Notes: generated from the letters alone by a model not told the origin. Counted from the stretch's first letter, positions 9,429 through 20,590 are shown. The stretch: DNA of 35,980 nt from Verrucomicrobiota bacterium (GCA_032123435.1 JAQBFJ010000230.1:1-35980), one strand, 5' to 3'. Translations and numbers: made by a program.

Positions 9429-10331
9429 ATGAAAAATATGAATAGACGTGATTTTATCAGGGGCGTAGTCGGAGTTGCGGCTGGATTCCCGTTTTTCTGC
9501 AGAACAACATGGGGCCAGGAAGCTGAACAGCGCGCCGTTGTATATGTGACACGCGGGACGGATATAAAGAAAATGGTCAACGCCGGTATTGCCAGAATGG
9601 GTGGATGGAACGCTTTTGTAAAGAAGGGCCGGAAAGTTACCATAAAGCCAAATGCCGCCTGGGCAAGCCGACCGGAACAGGGCGGCAATACGGAGCCAAC
9701 GCTTGTCGGCGAATGCGTTGCCGCGTGCAAAGCCGCCGGCGCGTCGGAAGTGGTTTTACCCGAAAATCCGTGCAGTAATCCCGAACAATCTTTTTCCATG
9801 AGCGGAATAGAAGAGGCCGCCAAGAAAGCAGGCGGCAAATTGTATCGGCCGGAATCCAATGACCATTTTCGCAAAGTGCAGTTGCCGGCGGCAAAGAATC
9901 TTAAAGAAGCTGAAGTCGCGGTTGATGTAATTGATACAGGCTGTCTGATCAATATGCCGGTAGCCAAGAGTCATGGCGGGGCCATCCTTACTTTGTCGAT
10001 GAAAAACTGGATGGGGTCGGTAAAGGATCGCGGATTCTGGCATAGAAACAACCTGCACCAGTGCATTGCTGATTTCAGTACATTTATTAAACCGTCCCTT
10101 ATAATTATTGATGCTACACGTATCATGTTGACCAATGGTCCGCGCGGGCCGGGTGAATTGGAGCATCCGAATCAGTTGGTTTTCGGCTGTGACCCGGTGG
10201 CTGTTGATGCCTATGCGGCGTCGTTATTCAAGAAACATCCGCTTGACATACCTTATATCAAAATGGCGCATGAAATGAAAATAGGTTGCGGCGATCCTTT
10301 GAAAATAGATGTTGAATACATTGACGTCTAA
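9429..10331 (+). CDS. Tat-exported DUF362 family protein
   Basis: Twin-arginine NRRDFI; IKPNAAW, KSHGGAILTLSMKNWMG and DPVAVDAY; start chosen from the GAAGGG RBS. Confidence 0.88.
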   Translation: MKNMNRRDFIRGVVGVAAGFPFFCRTTWGQEAEQRAVVYVTRGTDIKKMVNAGIARMGGWNAFVKKGRKVTIKPNAAWASRPEQGGNTEPTLVGECVAACKAAGASEVVLPENPCSNPEQSFSMSGIEEAAKKAGGKLYRPESNDHFRKVQLPAAKNLKEAEVAVDVIDTGCLINMPVAKSHGGAILTLSMKNWMGSVKDRGFWHRNNLHQCIADFSTFIKPSLIIIDATRIMLTNGPRGPGELEHPNQLVFGCDPVAVDAYAASLFKKHPLDIPYIKMAHEMKIGCGDPLKIDVEYIDV

Positions 10332-10359
10332 CCCGCATGTTTCATGAAAAATCGCATGA

Positions 10360-11550
10360 GTGTGGGAGATGACAATGCGTAAGATGAGACTGTTTTTCAG
10401 GTTATGTATTCTTGTTCTGGCTGTATTGTGCGGCATTCAATTGTTTCCATCTGAATACGCCTTTATCTTGCCTGCGATGAGCCCGTTTCTCGCGATCTGT
10501 TCAGCAATAAGCATGAGGCATGCAGGCCTTTTGTTTCTGGTGTGTGTGCCGATTCTCGTTTTGAGTTTTGTCAGGACGAGATGGTTCTGTTTATATATGT
10601 GTCCTGTCGGATTGACGCTGGAATATGCCGGAAACATCAGGCCTACAGCGAAGTCCCGATACACATCATGGCCGCGGCTGGGGCAATGGCTGTTACTGCT
10701 TGGACTTGGCGGCGCGCTGGCCGGCTATCCGCTTTTTATATGGCTTGATCCTTTGTCACTCTTTAATGGTTTCATGAGCGTATGGCATAAACCGGTTACC
10801 CTCATCGGCGCTTTGCCTGCCGCTGGATTGACACTGATTCTTCTTTTGAATATATGGCGTCCAAATACGTGGTGTTATCGTTTCTGTCCGTTGGGTGCTC
10901 TGCAGGAATATGCTGCCCGGCTGAAACGTACTGCGAATAAACACACACCCCAACCATTTTCAGAAGGAAGACGCGTGTTCCTTGGTTTGCTGGCGGGCTC
11001 GGCGGCAGGGCTTTTCGCGCATCGTCGAATAACTGGCGGCATTGGAAATGTTATACGGCCGCCAGGCGCCGTGCGAGAGGGCAGGTTCACGGCACTATGC
11101 GCGCGGTGCGGAAATTGTATTCGTGCATGCAAAGAAAAAATTATTTACCCCGACCTTGGCGCAACGGGTTTAAGGGGCCTGTTAACGCCTGTATTGAAAA
11201 TGGGGCCCGGCTACTGTTCGGAATGGTGTAATGAATGCAATAAAGTATGTCCAACCAGTGCGATATCGCATATGAATCTGGAAGAAAAAAGGACCGTTGG
11301 CATAGGAACGGCCAGACTATATAAGGAAAAATGTCTGGCATGGAAAGACAGCGCGTATTGTGTTGTGTGTCATGAGTACTGCGCGTATCAGGCGATAAAG
11401 CTGATTTTCAATAATGGCGTGAACTGTCCGGAGGTGGACCCTGAAATATGCAGGGGCTGCGGTTTGTGTCAAACAGTATGTCCGGCTGAGTCTGTCGCGA
11501 TTATTGTGGAAGGCGGCATACAGAAAAGATTGCCTCCCGTAAACATTTGA
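10360..11550 (+). CDS. Membrane polyferredoxin (NapH/MauN-like membrane part fused to NapG/MauM-like 4Fe-4S domains)
   Basis: RWFCLYMCPVG and WCYRFCPLG; IRPPGA; several CxxCxxCxxxCP motifs; start may be 10369 or 10375. Confidence 0.87.
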   Translation: MWEMTMRKMRLFFRLCILVLAVLCGIQLFPSEYAFILPAMSPFLAICSAISMRHAGLLFLVCVPILVLSFVRTRWFCLYMCPVGLTLEYAGNIRPTAKSRYTSWPRLGQWLLLLGLGGALAGYPLFIWLDPLSLFNGFMSVWHKPVTLIGALPAAGLTLILLLNIWRPNTWCYRFCPLGALQEYAARLKRTANKHTPQPFSEGRRVFLGLLAGSAAGLFAHRRITGGIGNVIRPPGAVREGRFTALCARCGNCIRACKEKIIYPDLGATGLRGLLTPVLKMGPGYCSEWCNECNKVCPTSAISHMNLEEKRTVGIGTARLYKEKCLAWKDSAYCVVCHEYCAYQAIKLIFNNGVNCPEVDPEICRGCGLCQTVCPAESVAIIVEGGIQKRLPPVNI

Positions 11551-11670
11551 CCCGAACGCCTGTGGCGGGGGAGCTTTTTTAGACAGGATAACCCGCCGTC
11601 GTCAATAGACTATGGCGAGGCGCGGCAGGATAGACCCGCCGATGGCGAGGCAGGCAGGATTTACAGGGAT
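11551..11670 (+). repeat. GACAGGAT-type repeat with nested CCCG...GG palindromic inserts
   Basis: TTTAGACAGGATAA[CCCGCC..GGCGAGGCGCGG]CAGGAT; parallels about 2991-3056. Confidence 0.75.
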
Positions 11671-11687
11671 ATGGGGCAGAAAGACAT

Positions 11688-11954
11688 TCACCACAGAGGA
11701 CGCGGAGACACGGAGAATACAAAAGACCGAGGTTACATCAAATCCAACATTGCTTCGCAATCTTGGATTTGATGCAACATTGTTGTCGGGGAGTAAACAT
11801 CCGAGACAACTTCCCTTTGTCCCGGCATAGTTACCGCCTTCAGGCGGTAACTATGCCGAATCCTCCTATGCAGGTTATTGATTTAATTTGAGACGTCAGT
11901 CCCGAATTAAATCAACTCCTTTCTCTTCATCTCCTCCGTGTGCTCCGTGGTAAA
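11688..11954 (-). repeat. Multi-hairpin repeat element, copy 2 (inverted relative to 3376-3660)
   Basis: Same hairpin order and linkers; perfect central hairpin GGCATAGTTACCGCC-TTCA-GGCGGTAACTATGCC; lies between convergent genes. Confidence 0.85.
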
Positions 11955-11991
11955 AACTATCTCCTTTCCCTTTTTTGCATTCCCACGTGTC

Positions 11992-13146
11992 TCAGGGTGC
12001 AAGGGTTTCCACGGGGATCCAGCCTCGTTTGTTATTAAACGAAATCTTTACCCAGTCTTCACTCGATTCAAGCACTTGAACGAGCGCGCCTTCAGGTAGA
12101 TCAAAGGTTGCAAGAGCCGACTGTGCAGGTGCCAGACGTGCGTTCTCGCTTTTCTTTATTTTCATCTTTCGTTTTGCTGTAAAACGGTTTTTCAGAATAT
12201 TGTGGAACCCGGAAGTCTGTTTCATGTTTTTTATTCCGACAGTTGAAGAATTGTCTCCATTTGCTTCAACCTGTATATCCGGACGGAATGGTGATGACTG
12301 TATTTGTTTTTCCTGCTGATGGAATGTTAACGGGAATGGCCCTTTTGAGACGATCGCGTATTTGTTTCTTTGCGGATCAAAGAAAGAAAATGAAGCCGCA
12401 CATATTTCGACCGCGTTCGTGGTTTGCGGAACAATAATTTGTTTAAAGATCCGGGTGTTAGTGTCTTCGCTGGCGATGGGTTCGGGATTATATGCCTTGA
12501 AATTACGGCCCGGCGATATGCGGGGCGGCAATATGTTCTCAAGATAACCAGGGCCTTTAACCGTCATTGTTGCTGTGATCAAATCGCCAAGCGCCACATC
12601 GGTTGGCGATACGGCAACGTCAAATGAAAACAGACCTACGGCTCCTGAAAAATCGGTTGGCCGCCCGGTTTCAGGGAGAGGCATGATGGAAATATCGACT
12701 GACTGCATGGGGATATCATGCAGCATCTGCACCCATCTTGTTCCTATAAAAACCCGTTGCTGAACCATTATGCCGACACGGAGTACGGGCGAGAACTGTA
12801 TTTGGCCGGACTTCATTGCCCGCGCGTCTGCCATGAACATGCGGGTTTCGAAAACATTGTTACTGACGGTCTCGCGTCTGACGGGCGATAATTCCTTGAA
12901 TTCACCGAGCAATTGGAAATTGTCGGAACCGGGCAGGCCCTGAAGCTGAAACTCCTGCGTAAGCTGGACCCCTGTTGATTTTATGGATAGTACCAGTTTA
13001 AAAGTTTCATGAATAAAAATGTGCTGACGATCCGGCTGAATGGAAGCGTGGATAGTCTGATAATTCTGGTCTTGCGCCGTTGATTTGGCGGCAAACAGCG
13101 CTGTTGTCAGAATGACCACGTATAATACTGATAAAAGTTTCTTCAT
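11992..13146 (-). CDS. BatD-family protein with C-terminal SH3-like domain
   Basis: Signal peptide; PTDFSGAVG BatD motif; C-terminal WVKISFNNKRGWIP. Confidence 0.8.
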   Translation of the reverse strand: MKKLLSVLYVVILTTALFAAKSTAQDQNYQTIHASIQPDRQHIFIHETFKLVLSIKSTGVQLTQEFQLQGLPGSDNFQLLGEFKELSPVRRETVSNNVFETRMFMADARAMKSGQIQFSPVLRVGIMVQQRVFIGTRWVQMLHDIPMQSVDISIMPLPETGRPTDFSGAVGLFSFDVAVSPTDVALGDLITATMTVKGPGYLENILPPRISPGRNFKAYNPEPIASEDTNTRIFKQIIVPQTTNAVEICAASFSFFDPQRNKYAIVSKGPFPLTFHQQEKQIQSSPFRPDIQVEANGDNSSTVGIKNMKQTSGFHNILKNRFTAKRKMKIKKSENARLAPAQSALATFDLPEGALVQVLESSEDWVKISFNNKRGWIPVETLAP

Positions 13147-13152
13147 GCTTCG

Positions 13153-15753
13153 TTACTCAAGAATATCAATAAACGCCTCGTTTTGCAGTACGTCTGTTCT
13201 CTGATCCATGCTTTCCATGTGTATGGATGTAAGACTGCTGGATCCGAATATCACAAAAAGAATAATTGCAATAGTCATTACCTGCTCATGTATATGCCTT
13301 ATTGTGTTGAATATTCGCAGGGCAAACGCGAGCCAGAAGATATTGAAACTGATAATGGCGATAATCGTTCTGGCCGATGCTGATAATCTATAGTGCCAGA
13401 AGAAGGGCACACGGTACCATGGCAGTGAGATGTCTATACTGTTATTTCGCGACAATGAGAGATGCATGTTGCGTTTGATTTCCCATGAAGTGCCCATGTA
13501 TCGTTCGGCGCGCAGAAGGGATGTCTTAGCGTCCGTGTATTGACCGGCCATAAGACATGCTGTGCCAAGATTGTAAAAAATGTGCCCGTTCTTTACACCT
13601 GCGCTTATCAAATCGCGATAACTTTGGGCGGCGGCAAGAAAATCGGGCTCAGTCAGTGCCGATGCCATTTGCGCGTTTGCTTTTTTCCACATGAATTCAT
13701 GTTCGCTTGATTTGCCGGTTAAACGGCCTGACGCGCTGAATGGCATCGCGAGCAGTATTAAGAATAAGGTAAGAGTATGCAGTTCTTTGCTGGAGCCGTG
13801 CTGTTTGACGCTGATGCCATGCTCTATGTCCTTGATCAATAATAAGGCATTCCTGCAGTCTGAAGCAGGATCAGCCGGGCCGGCGGATGACAGGTGGTAT
13901 TCAGCGTTGAAAGCGCGTTCAAGAATGTCATGAAACTGTTTTACCGTATCTTTGTTTACGGAGTGCTTTGTGAGAAGAGCCCTTATGTCCGATGGAGTAA
14001 GACCGGCTTCAATACTGCCGAACCTGACGCCGGCATATTTTTTCAAACTGGAACATAATAAACGACGGGCTGTTTCAGGATCAGAAGGTGATAGTTTTTC
14101 GGCTTTCCTGATCTGATCCAGAACCAGGGCTATGGTGCTACGGGTTCTTGTTTTTCCCGCGTTTCCGGCATGGAACCTGATTAGCCCGCGGCTTATGACG
14201 GCGATCAGGCAGATAAACGGACCGAATAATAATGCAAAGCCATATTGTTTGTCCGGGATTATGCTGTCCGGCCTGGCGCCGGCAGGATTTATGTCTATGG
14301 GGGCAGGGACAAGGATTTGTTGAAGCGTTGTCGCGTGTGTGTTTGCCGATTGATTGGTTGCAGTGTCAATTATGAAATCCGCGACTATCTCGGCCGCTTC
14401 GTTTGCCCGGACGGGTATGGGCTCGGTTTTAATAGTCTTATAGCATCGTTCGGCAGAATTAAAATATGACAGTTCAATCGGAGGAAGTTCGAGTGTCCCG
14501 GCCATCATGGGGCGAATGGTATAAATGAATTCCCTGCTTGTATCATCTCCACCTGTCTTTATTGTATCTTCGTATATCCTGAAATTACGGGTCAGTTGCG
14601 CCTGCTCGTTCAATGGGGGAGGAAAAATGTTTTCCAGTCTTATGTCGCCAGAAATGGCCAGTGTCAGCGTTAACGGGTCACCGACCTTGCATGTTTGAGT
14701 GTCCAGAGACGCGGAGCCCTTAAGAAATGTTCCGATTGCTCCGATATATGAAGCAGGTCTGTTTTCTTCCGGCGGCGGCACAACACGTACCGTGCAGGCG
14801 GGTCCGACCGCGAATATTGGGTTGGACCCGATTCGACCGGCGGCATCGGCTCTTATGCCTACCGCGCCTTTGAATACAACGGGACCGAAAGTATAGGATC
14901 CTTCCTCCTTGGGAATGTATGACAAGCTGACCGTGTATCTGAAATAAGGTTCAGCGCCTCTTTGGATGATACTGCGGTCAAACATGAATCTGGCAACGGA
15001 TCGTTCGGGAAAGAAAAAGTTGTCGGATTGCACCTTGTATTCATTAATCGTAAAACCAGGCATGTTCGCCTGTGGTATAAGCATTTTCTGCAGAATAGGC
15101 GACAGACCTTGAGAAGCAAGACCTGCAATCGGCTGGTCTATGTCCATGTATGGTATTTTGAGATTAGGCGGGTTGGCTGGATCAATGGGGTCAATCGCAG
15201 AATATCTGCCCTTTATTTGTTTTATATCAATTGCCAGCGTAATCTCGAAAGGTTCGTCAACAAGCACCGATTGCCTGGATGCTTCAATATTTATGATGAC
15301 AAAATCCTGCTGCTCGGTGCCGATAACCTGTATGACCGGTCCATCCTGTGATAATGTTCTGCCGTTAATGATTAAGGTTACGGGCCCAGTCATGAAAGCG
15401 CCTAATTTTGCAGGGATGATCTCGTACATGAATCTGCGTCCCGAAAATCCCGTTTTATTAACTACGCCGTTCACTATGGTTATGCTATGCCGGCTTTCGC
15501 TCTGACTGCCCAGCGACTTGATTGTGCAGTCGGTAATTGCGGACAAGTCTGGTTCAGGTGATGCGTCTGTGCCGGAAACGCGGACCGTTAAAGTGAATGA
15601 TTCTCCCTGATATATTTGAGCGCGATCAGAGGAAACGGTAAGCTCAATTTCTTTTGCGTTAAGGTTTGTACTGCCGGCAAGAAACAATGCGATGCAGACG
15701 CATAAAAACAGGAATAACTTGTATTGCCGGTGTGATATATCCGTTATTTTCAT
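13153..15753 (-). CDS. batD: BatD-family protein fused to a BatE-like TPR region
   Basis: SQSESRHSITIVNG and PASYIGAIG; C-terminal YNLGTACLMAGQY..LLRAERY. Start moved to 15753 (or 15762) to avoid overlap with the upstream gene. Confidence 0.82.
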   Translation of the reverse strand: MKITDISHRQYKLFLFLCVCIALFLAGSTNLNAKEIELTVSSDRAQIYQGESFTLTVRVSGTDASPEPDLSAITDCTIKSLGSQSESRHSITIVNGVVNKTGFSGRRFMYEIIPAKLGAFMTGPVTLIINGRTLSQDGPVIQVIGTEQQDFVIINIEASRQSVLVDEPFEITLAIDIKQIKGRYSAIDPIDPANPPNLKIPYMDIDQPIAGLASQGLSPILQKMLIPQANMPGFTINEYKVQSDNFFFPERSVARFMFDRSIIQRGAEPYFRYTVSLSYIPKEEGSYTFGPVVFKGAVGIRADAAGRIGSNPIFAVGPACTVRVVPPPEENRPASYIGAIGTFLKGSASLDTQTCKVGDPLTLTLAISGDIRLENIFPPPLNEQAQLTRNFRIYEDTIKTGGDDTSREFIYTIRPMMAGTLELPPIELSYFNSAERCYKTIKTEPIPVRANEAAEIVADFIIDTATNQSANTHATTLQQILVPAPIDINPAGARPDSIIPDKQYGFALLFGPFICLIAVISRGLIRFHAGNAGKTRTRSTIALVLDQIRKAEKLSPSDPETARRLLCSSLKKYAGVRFGSIEAGLTPSDIRALLTKHSVNKDTVKQFHDILERAFNAEYHLSSAGPADPASDCRNALLLIKDIEHGISVKQHGSSKELHTLTLFLILLAMPFSASGRLTGKSSEHEFMWKKANAQMASALTEPDFLAAAQSYRDLISAGVKNGHIFYNLGTACLMAGQYTDAKTSLLRAERYMGTSWEIKRNMHLSLSRNNSIDISLPWYRVPFFWHYRLSASARTIIAIISFNIFWLAFALRIFNTIRHIHEQVMTIAIILFVIFGSSSLTSIHMESMDQRTDVLQNEAFIDILE

Positions 15754-15787
15754 GCTGAACATTTTCAATTTATCAAACTTGCCATTG

Positions 15788-18529
15788 TTACCAGTCACGT
15801 TCACTGGGCAGCATGGGCATTTGCATGTTTTCCATGCGTTTTTGAGATTCATGTTCCTGTTCGCGCTGAAGCGCTTTTTTCAGTAATTCCTTGACATCTC
15901 TCGGCGTGGAATCTTTTTCTTCATCCTGTTTTTCAGGTTCCGGTTTCGCGTCCTTCTTGTCCGCGGCCTGCTCCTGTTGATCCTGTTCCTTCTTCTGTTC
16001 CTGTTCTTCCTGATTCTCCTGCTCCTGATTCTGGTTGTCTTGTGATTGCTGTTTCTGTTGTTGGTCCTGATTTTTCGGCAGGAGATTTTCTATTTCCTTT
16101 AAAATAGTGTAAGCTGATTGTTGATGGGGCAGGGCGCCGGCAATGTTGTTGCCCTTGAGCAGGCCGGATGCGAGTTCCTGAGCGTAAACAGCCTGATCGG
16201 CAAGTTGAAGGATCTTGGCGCGCAGTTCTGGTGTGATCGCGTTAGTGGGTGAAGATGATATACTGTTATTACTGTCCTGATTGTCTGGTGTGGACGTATT
16301 AGTATCAGGCGGTGTTTCCGGCACGGCTTCCGAGAAACGCTGGATAAATATCCGGGTAAGATCAATGGATTCCTCCTGTTCCATTTTTATCGTGTCTGAA
16401 TCGGATAAGGCTATGTTCATGGAATTGCTCTGAAGTCTTATATCCTGTGTCAATATCATTGGGTATGGCGCGATATCCTTCCATATCCGGTATATGACGG
16501 ACTGGGACAGTTTTGCGTCACGATATGCTTCAGGTTCAATGTCGCGAAGCCGGTTGGCCGAATTTATCATATTCTCACGTGTGGCTTCCATTGCCTGGTC
16601 AAGGTTCGCGATCTGTTGTTGGTCCTGCTGTTGGAGACCGGTCAGTAGTTTGGGTTTGAGTGGGATCCAGAGATCGGCAGTCGCTTTCTGTTTTAACGCG
16701 AGATCTTCAAGTTGTTTTATTTGTGACGGTGAGTTGTTTGTGAAGGCGTGCGCCATGTTCTTGTTTATGTCGGTCTGCGCTAAAAGCATTTCCATTGCCA
16801 GTTCGGCTGGCGGCGTTTGTTGATACCTGTTCATTAATTCCAGGAATTTAGCCTGAGTTTCGGCTTCCGGAAGGGCTTTGAGCACAACTGCGAGATTCTC
16901 CCGGGTGGATTCATTATCTTCGTCTGTTCGGGCGGCATTCTTGAAAGCTTCACCGGCATGTTTTAGAAAATTAACGCGTTCCGTGGCATTTGTTGCGTCG
17001 GATTTGCCGGTCAACGATTCGGCCGTACGGTACAGGGACGCGCCCAACGCCATGGAGGAAGATGCGGACTGTTTGTTTTCATTAAACGACGAATTCAGTT
17101 CGGAAAATATTTCAGACGCTTCGCGATATCTTCCGGCTTTGAATAATGCCACTGCCGCGTTATGACGGAAATCAAGTTGAGATTTGTATGTCGAGCCGTG
17201 TGCCGCCCGCAGATATGCCTCTGCGGATTCATCATATTTGCCGGTCATATAAAGTTTCTGCGCGATACGCGCGCCTTCCCGGCCGGGCGGCAGGGCGAAC
17301 GTGTTCGTATCGCCGGAAAGGCCCGGTTCCGTTACGGTGTTGGTCTTGTCAGCCGCGTTTGCGGTAAGGTCTTCCGGTGTTTGCAGGGCATTTGCCGTAA
17401 TGGCGGAAAAGCATAAAGCGGCAAATATTATCCCAACATGTTTCAATGGCCTTTTAGGCGGAGTCAAGTCCTTCAAAGGCAGTGCTGTATATAGTCCTGA
17501 CGATGATTCCGTTTTCGTGGAACTGCAGAGCCGACCACGGCTCAGAAAAGTTCCGGCAAGTATTAGCAGAATACCGGGCAGAAGAAATAGTTGATATCGC
17601 TCAATATGACGGCGCTGAAGCGATTCTTCCAGATCCTGAGCCAGAATGTTACGGAGATGATTTCTGTAAAGTGTTCCCAGTGTAGTGCTCGTCATGCTGG
17701 CAGTTTCAACAGGCACGTATGAGCCGCCTGTTATTTTTGCTATTTGATAAAGAGTTTCATGATTAAGTTTGGTTATTACCGCTTGTCCTTTGTACATTGA
17801 GTACGGATTGGATTTGTCCTGAGTTGGAATGCGGGAGCCCTGCCGACTGCCGAGTCCGATCGTGAATATGGGGATATTGCGTTCCGCGGCCGTGTTGGCG
17901 GCGTCAATGGCGCGATCAGACAGATCTTCACCATCGGAAATAAGGATGATAGCCTTGTGCGCGGCGTTATCGTTTTCAAATGAGTCCAGTGCCTTGATTA
18001 TGGCATCACCGATATCTGTTTCACCGCGTGGTGCTGAACCGATGTCAACCGCATCAAGCGCGTATTTCAGATAGGCGTAATCCGTGGTAAGCGGGCATAA
18101 CAGTACGGCTTTATGCCGAAAAGCCAGAAGACCGGCACGGTCACCTTTCAGTTCCCTTACAAGATCAAGTATGTCTGTCTTTGCGCGTTCAAGACGGTTC
18201 GGATGCACATCATTGGCAAGCATTGATCTGGATACATCGAGTGCGATCATTAGATCACGCCCGCGACTGTATACAAGTTCTTCTTTCATGCCCCATTTTG
18301 GACGCGCGGCGGAAACTAAAACGAGGAAACAACCAGCAAGCATCAGTGCCGATTGCCAGCCGAACCTTGCTGAATTGACTGAGGGACATAGCTTTTTCCG
18401 CATATCGTATGACATGAATTTTTCGAGAGCTGTTTGTCGCCTGCGATTGGCGGCATACCACCATGATCCGACAGCCGGTACCAGCCACAGTATAAACAGT
18501 ATTTCCGGATTTTCAAATTGCAGATTCAT
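15788..18529 (-). CDS. batB: BatB-like VWA protein fused to BatC-like TPR region and Q/E-rich tail
   Basis: MIDAS DVSRSM; PLTTDY; LISDGED; low-complexity tail ending ERDW. Confidence 0.88.
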   Translation of the reverse strand: MNLQFENPEILFILWLVPAVGSWWYAANRRRQTALEKFMSYDMRKKLCPSVNSARFGWQSALMLAGCFLVLVSAARPKWGMKEELVYSRGRDLMIALDVSRSMLANDVHPNRLERAKTDILDLVRELKGDRAGLLAFRHKAVLLCPLTTDYAYLKYALDAVDIGSAPRGETDIGDAIIKALDSFENDNAAHKAIILISDGEDLSDRAIDAANTAAERNIPIFTIGLGSRQGSRIPTQDKSNPYSMYKGQAVITKLNHETLYQIAKITGGSYVPVETASMTSTTLGTLYRNHLRNILAQDLEESLQRRHIERYQLFLLPGILLILAGTFLSRGRLCSSTKTESSSGLYTALPLKDLTPPKRPLKHVGIIFAALCFSAITANALQTPEDLTANAADKTNTVTEPGLSGDTNTFALPPGREGARIAQKLYMTGKYDESAEAYLRAAHGSTYKSQLDFRHNAAVALFKAGRYREASEIFSELNSSFNENKQSASSSMALGASLYRTAESLTGKSDATNATERVNFLKHAGEAFKNAARTDEDNESTRENLAVVLKALPEAETQAKFLELMNRYQQTPPAELAMEMLLAQTDINKNMAHAFTNNSPSQIKQLEDLALKQKATADLWIPLKPKLLTGLQQQDQQQIANLDQAMEATRENMINSANRLRDIEPEAYRDAKLSQSVIYRIWKDIAPYPMILTQDIRLQSNSMNIALSDSDTIKMEQEESIDLTRIFIQRFSEAVPETPPDTNTSTPDNQDSNNSISSSPTNAITPELRAKILQLADQAVYAQELASGLLKGNNIAGALPHQQSAYTILKEIENLLPKNQDQQQKQQSQDNQNQEQENQEEQEQKKEQDQQEQAADKKDAKPEPEKQDEEKDSTPRDVKELLKKALQREQEHESQKRMENMQMPMLPSERDW

Positions 18530-18536
18530 ATTCTGT

Positions 18537-19589
18537 TTACGTGATTCTCCGCGTTATCATCATATTCAGTGATGTGCCCAGCATGATGATGATTATTGCC
18601 GGCCACAGGAAACGTGGAAAGAGTTCGTTGTATTGATTATATATGTCTCTATCTATTTTTGTTTTTTCAAGAGAGTTGATGTCTTCCAATGCCCGTTCAA
18701 GGCCGGCCGGGTCCTGAGCGTTGAAATAACGGCCGCCCGTTGTTTCCGCTATCTTTTTCAGCAGTGTTTCATCAAGCGAAACGACTGCCTGCTGTATGAC
18801 TTCGCGTCCGAACATGTCACGTGCTCTGAATGGAGCTGGACCATTGGAGCCTACTCCGATCGCGTAAACCTTTATGCCGAGTTTTCTGGCGGCCTCAATT
18901 GCCTGTTCCGGTTTGATTATTCCGGTATTGGATTCGCCATCGCTGAGCAGTACGATTATTTTTGATGCGGTTTTACAGTTCTCCATTCGCGCGCAGGCTG
19001 TGGCAAGCGCGTCGCCTATGGCAGTAAGAGTCTCTTCGCGGTTTATGATGCGGCCAGCCTTATCGAGGGCAGGGCGTGGTATTTCAACACCTTTCAGTAC
19101 ATGCAGAAGAGCTCCATGATCAGTTGTAAGCGGAGAACGAGTAGACGCGTAACCGCCAAACGTAATCAGTCCGATTAGATCGTCAGGACGTTTTTCTATG
19201 AATTCAATAAAAGTTTCCTTCACGGCGTCGAGCCTGGTCCGATACTTTATGCCTGTTGGCGTTTTAATCGAAAGATCCAGCGCTTCCATTGAGCCTGAAA
19301 CATCAGTTACCATTTCTATGGCAATAACGTCAGCGCTCTTGCGCGCCGAGGATAGAATTGTTTGGGGCCGGGCGAGAGCCGTTACGGCTAGAATCAAGCC
19401 GGCAATGATAAGGGCTGAGAGAACGTTACTTGCGCGTGTTCGCCATGTGGGCAAAGACGCGGGCAGACGCGAGGTCTGCGCGAAAACAATGCCCTGTTTA
19501 ATTCTTTTACGGTATATGAACCATAGAGTTGATATTGCGGGAATAATCAAAAGAAAATAATATGGATGCGCGAATCTGAACATTATCAA
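18537..19589 (-). CDS. batA: BatA-like VWA domain membrane protein
   Basis: N-terminal FAHPYYFLL; ALARPQ; DVSGSM; TAIGDAL; LSDGESNTG. Confidence 0.9.
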   Translation of the reverse strand: MIMFRFAHPYYFLLIIPAISTLWFIYRKRIKQGIVFAQTSRLPASLPTWRTRASNVLSALIIAGLILAVTALARPQTILSSARKSADVIAIEMVTDVSGSMEALDLSIKTPTGIKYRTRLDAVKETFIEFIEKRPDDLIGLITFGGYASTRSPLTTDHGALLHVLKGVEIPRPALDKAGRIINREETLTAIGDALATACARMENCKTASKIIVLLSDGESNTGIIKPEQAIEAARKLGIKVYAIGVGSNGPAPFRARDMFGREVIQQAVVSLDETLLKKIAETTGGRYFNAQDPAGLERALEDINSLEKTKIDRDIYNQYNELFPRFLWPAIIIIMLGTSLNMMITRRIT

Positions 19590-20590
19590 TTACCGCCTGT
19601 TCTGTTGTCGGCCTGCATGGCAATGCAGGAATCCTTTTCTATGTAATCGCGCGCCGTTGTGATTGACCTGTCGACGGCTTCGCTGGATGGTTTGTGAGAA
19701 GCAAATTTCACCAGATCCGCCGCCTCCATGAACGTTTTCAGTTTTTTTACGACTTCCATGCTGAATCTGGAATCGTTGCTGACGGCAATCAGGAATTCCT
19801 GGGTTGTCTGTTCCGGTGCCCTGATGCCGTGCAGTCTTTCTATGTAGCGGCGAACGACCAGCGTTAATTCTATATAAAACCTTTTTACCTGATCCTTTTC
19901 TATCAGGCGCATTGCCATGAGCTGGTCTAATTCCTTCAGGGCCCGTTCCCGTGGCGACATGCGTCTCAGTTGTATCTCATGACGCGCTCTCTTCAACAGT
20001 AGAATTACTATTGCGATCAGACCGGCAATGACAAGGCCCAGCAGAGCACATATAAAGACTGTTTTGCGAGATGGCGGGATCCATACAGGCTTGATGTTTT
20101 CCGTGATGTTGTCCCGTGGATCACCGGTGATGGGGGGGATCAGGTCAAATGTAATGGGCCGCGTGAAGAACCAGCCGTCTTGAGCTGGACTGCGTCCTCT
20201 GTCGGTATACGTCAGAGTTATCGGTGCTATCCTGTATTCTTCGGCCAATATCGGCGTAATGCGTGCGCGACGCTCGAATGTCCTCGTGCCGGTGTCGGTT
20301 GTGCTGTCAGTGTCATATGATCCGTTCAGTATGAAACCATTAAGCCTGTCGTTCAGCGGCGGCAGACGCACGTCCATTTCCGAAGGGGCGGTGATTTTTA
20401 TTGTCAGGAAAATGTCCTTGTCCAGATACACGTTTGGTGGTTCGGCGGTTATGGTTATTTTTATCGGCCCATGCGAAAATCTTTCGATGCGCGGTTCGTT
20501 CAGGGATGGCTGTTGTTCGTCAATGTTCCTGCCGCATGCCGGAACAAGCAGTAAGCCCAGTATCAGAAAAATATGTCTACAGATGCTCAA
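19586..20590 (-). CDS. Bat-cluster membrane/lipoprotein (DUF4381-like)
   Basis: Lipobox-like LVPAC; one TM helix; APEQTTQEFL and ADLVKFA motifs typical of this gene in moxR-bat clusters. Confidence 0.75.
   Translation of the reverse strand: MSICRHIFLILGLLLVPACGRNIDEQQPSLNEPRIERFSHGPIKITITAEPPNVYLDKDIFLTIKITAPSEMDVRLPPLNDRLNGFILNGSYDTDSTTDTGTRTFERRARITPILAEEYRIAPITLTYTDRGRSPAQDGWFFTRPITFDLIPPITGDPRDNITENIKPVWIPPSRKTVFICALLGLVIAGLIAIVILLLKRARHEIQLRRMSPRERALKELDQLMAMRLIEKDQVKRFYIELTLVVRRYIERLHGIRAPEQTTQEFLIAVSNDSRFSMEVVKKLKTFMEAADLVKFASHKPSSEAVDRSITTARDYIEKDSCIAMQADNRTGGN

Noticed and set aside
15900-16075. Low-complexity CTG/TTC-rich tract as a DNA repeat
   Set aside because: It encodes the usual Q/E/K-rich linker of BatB/BatC proteins.
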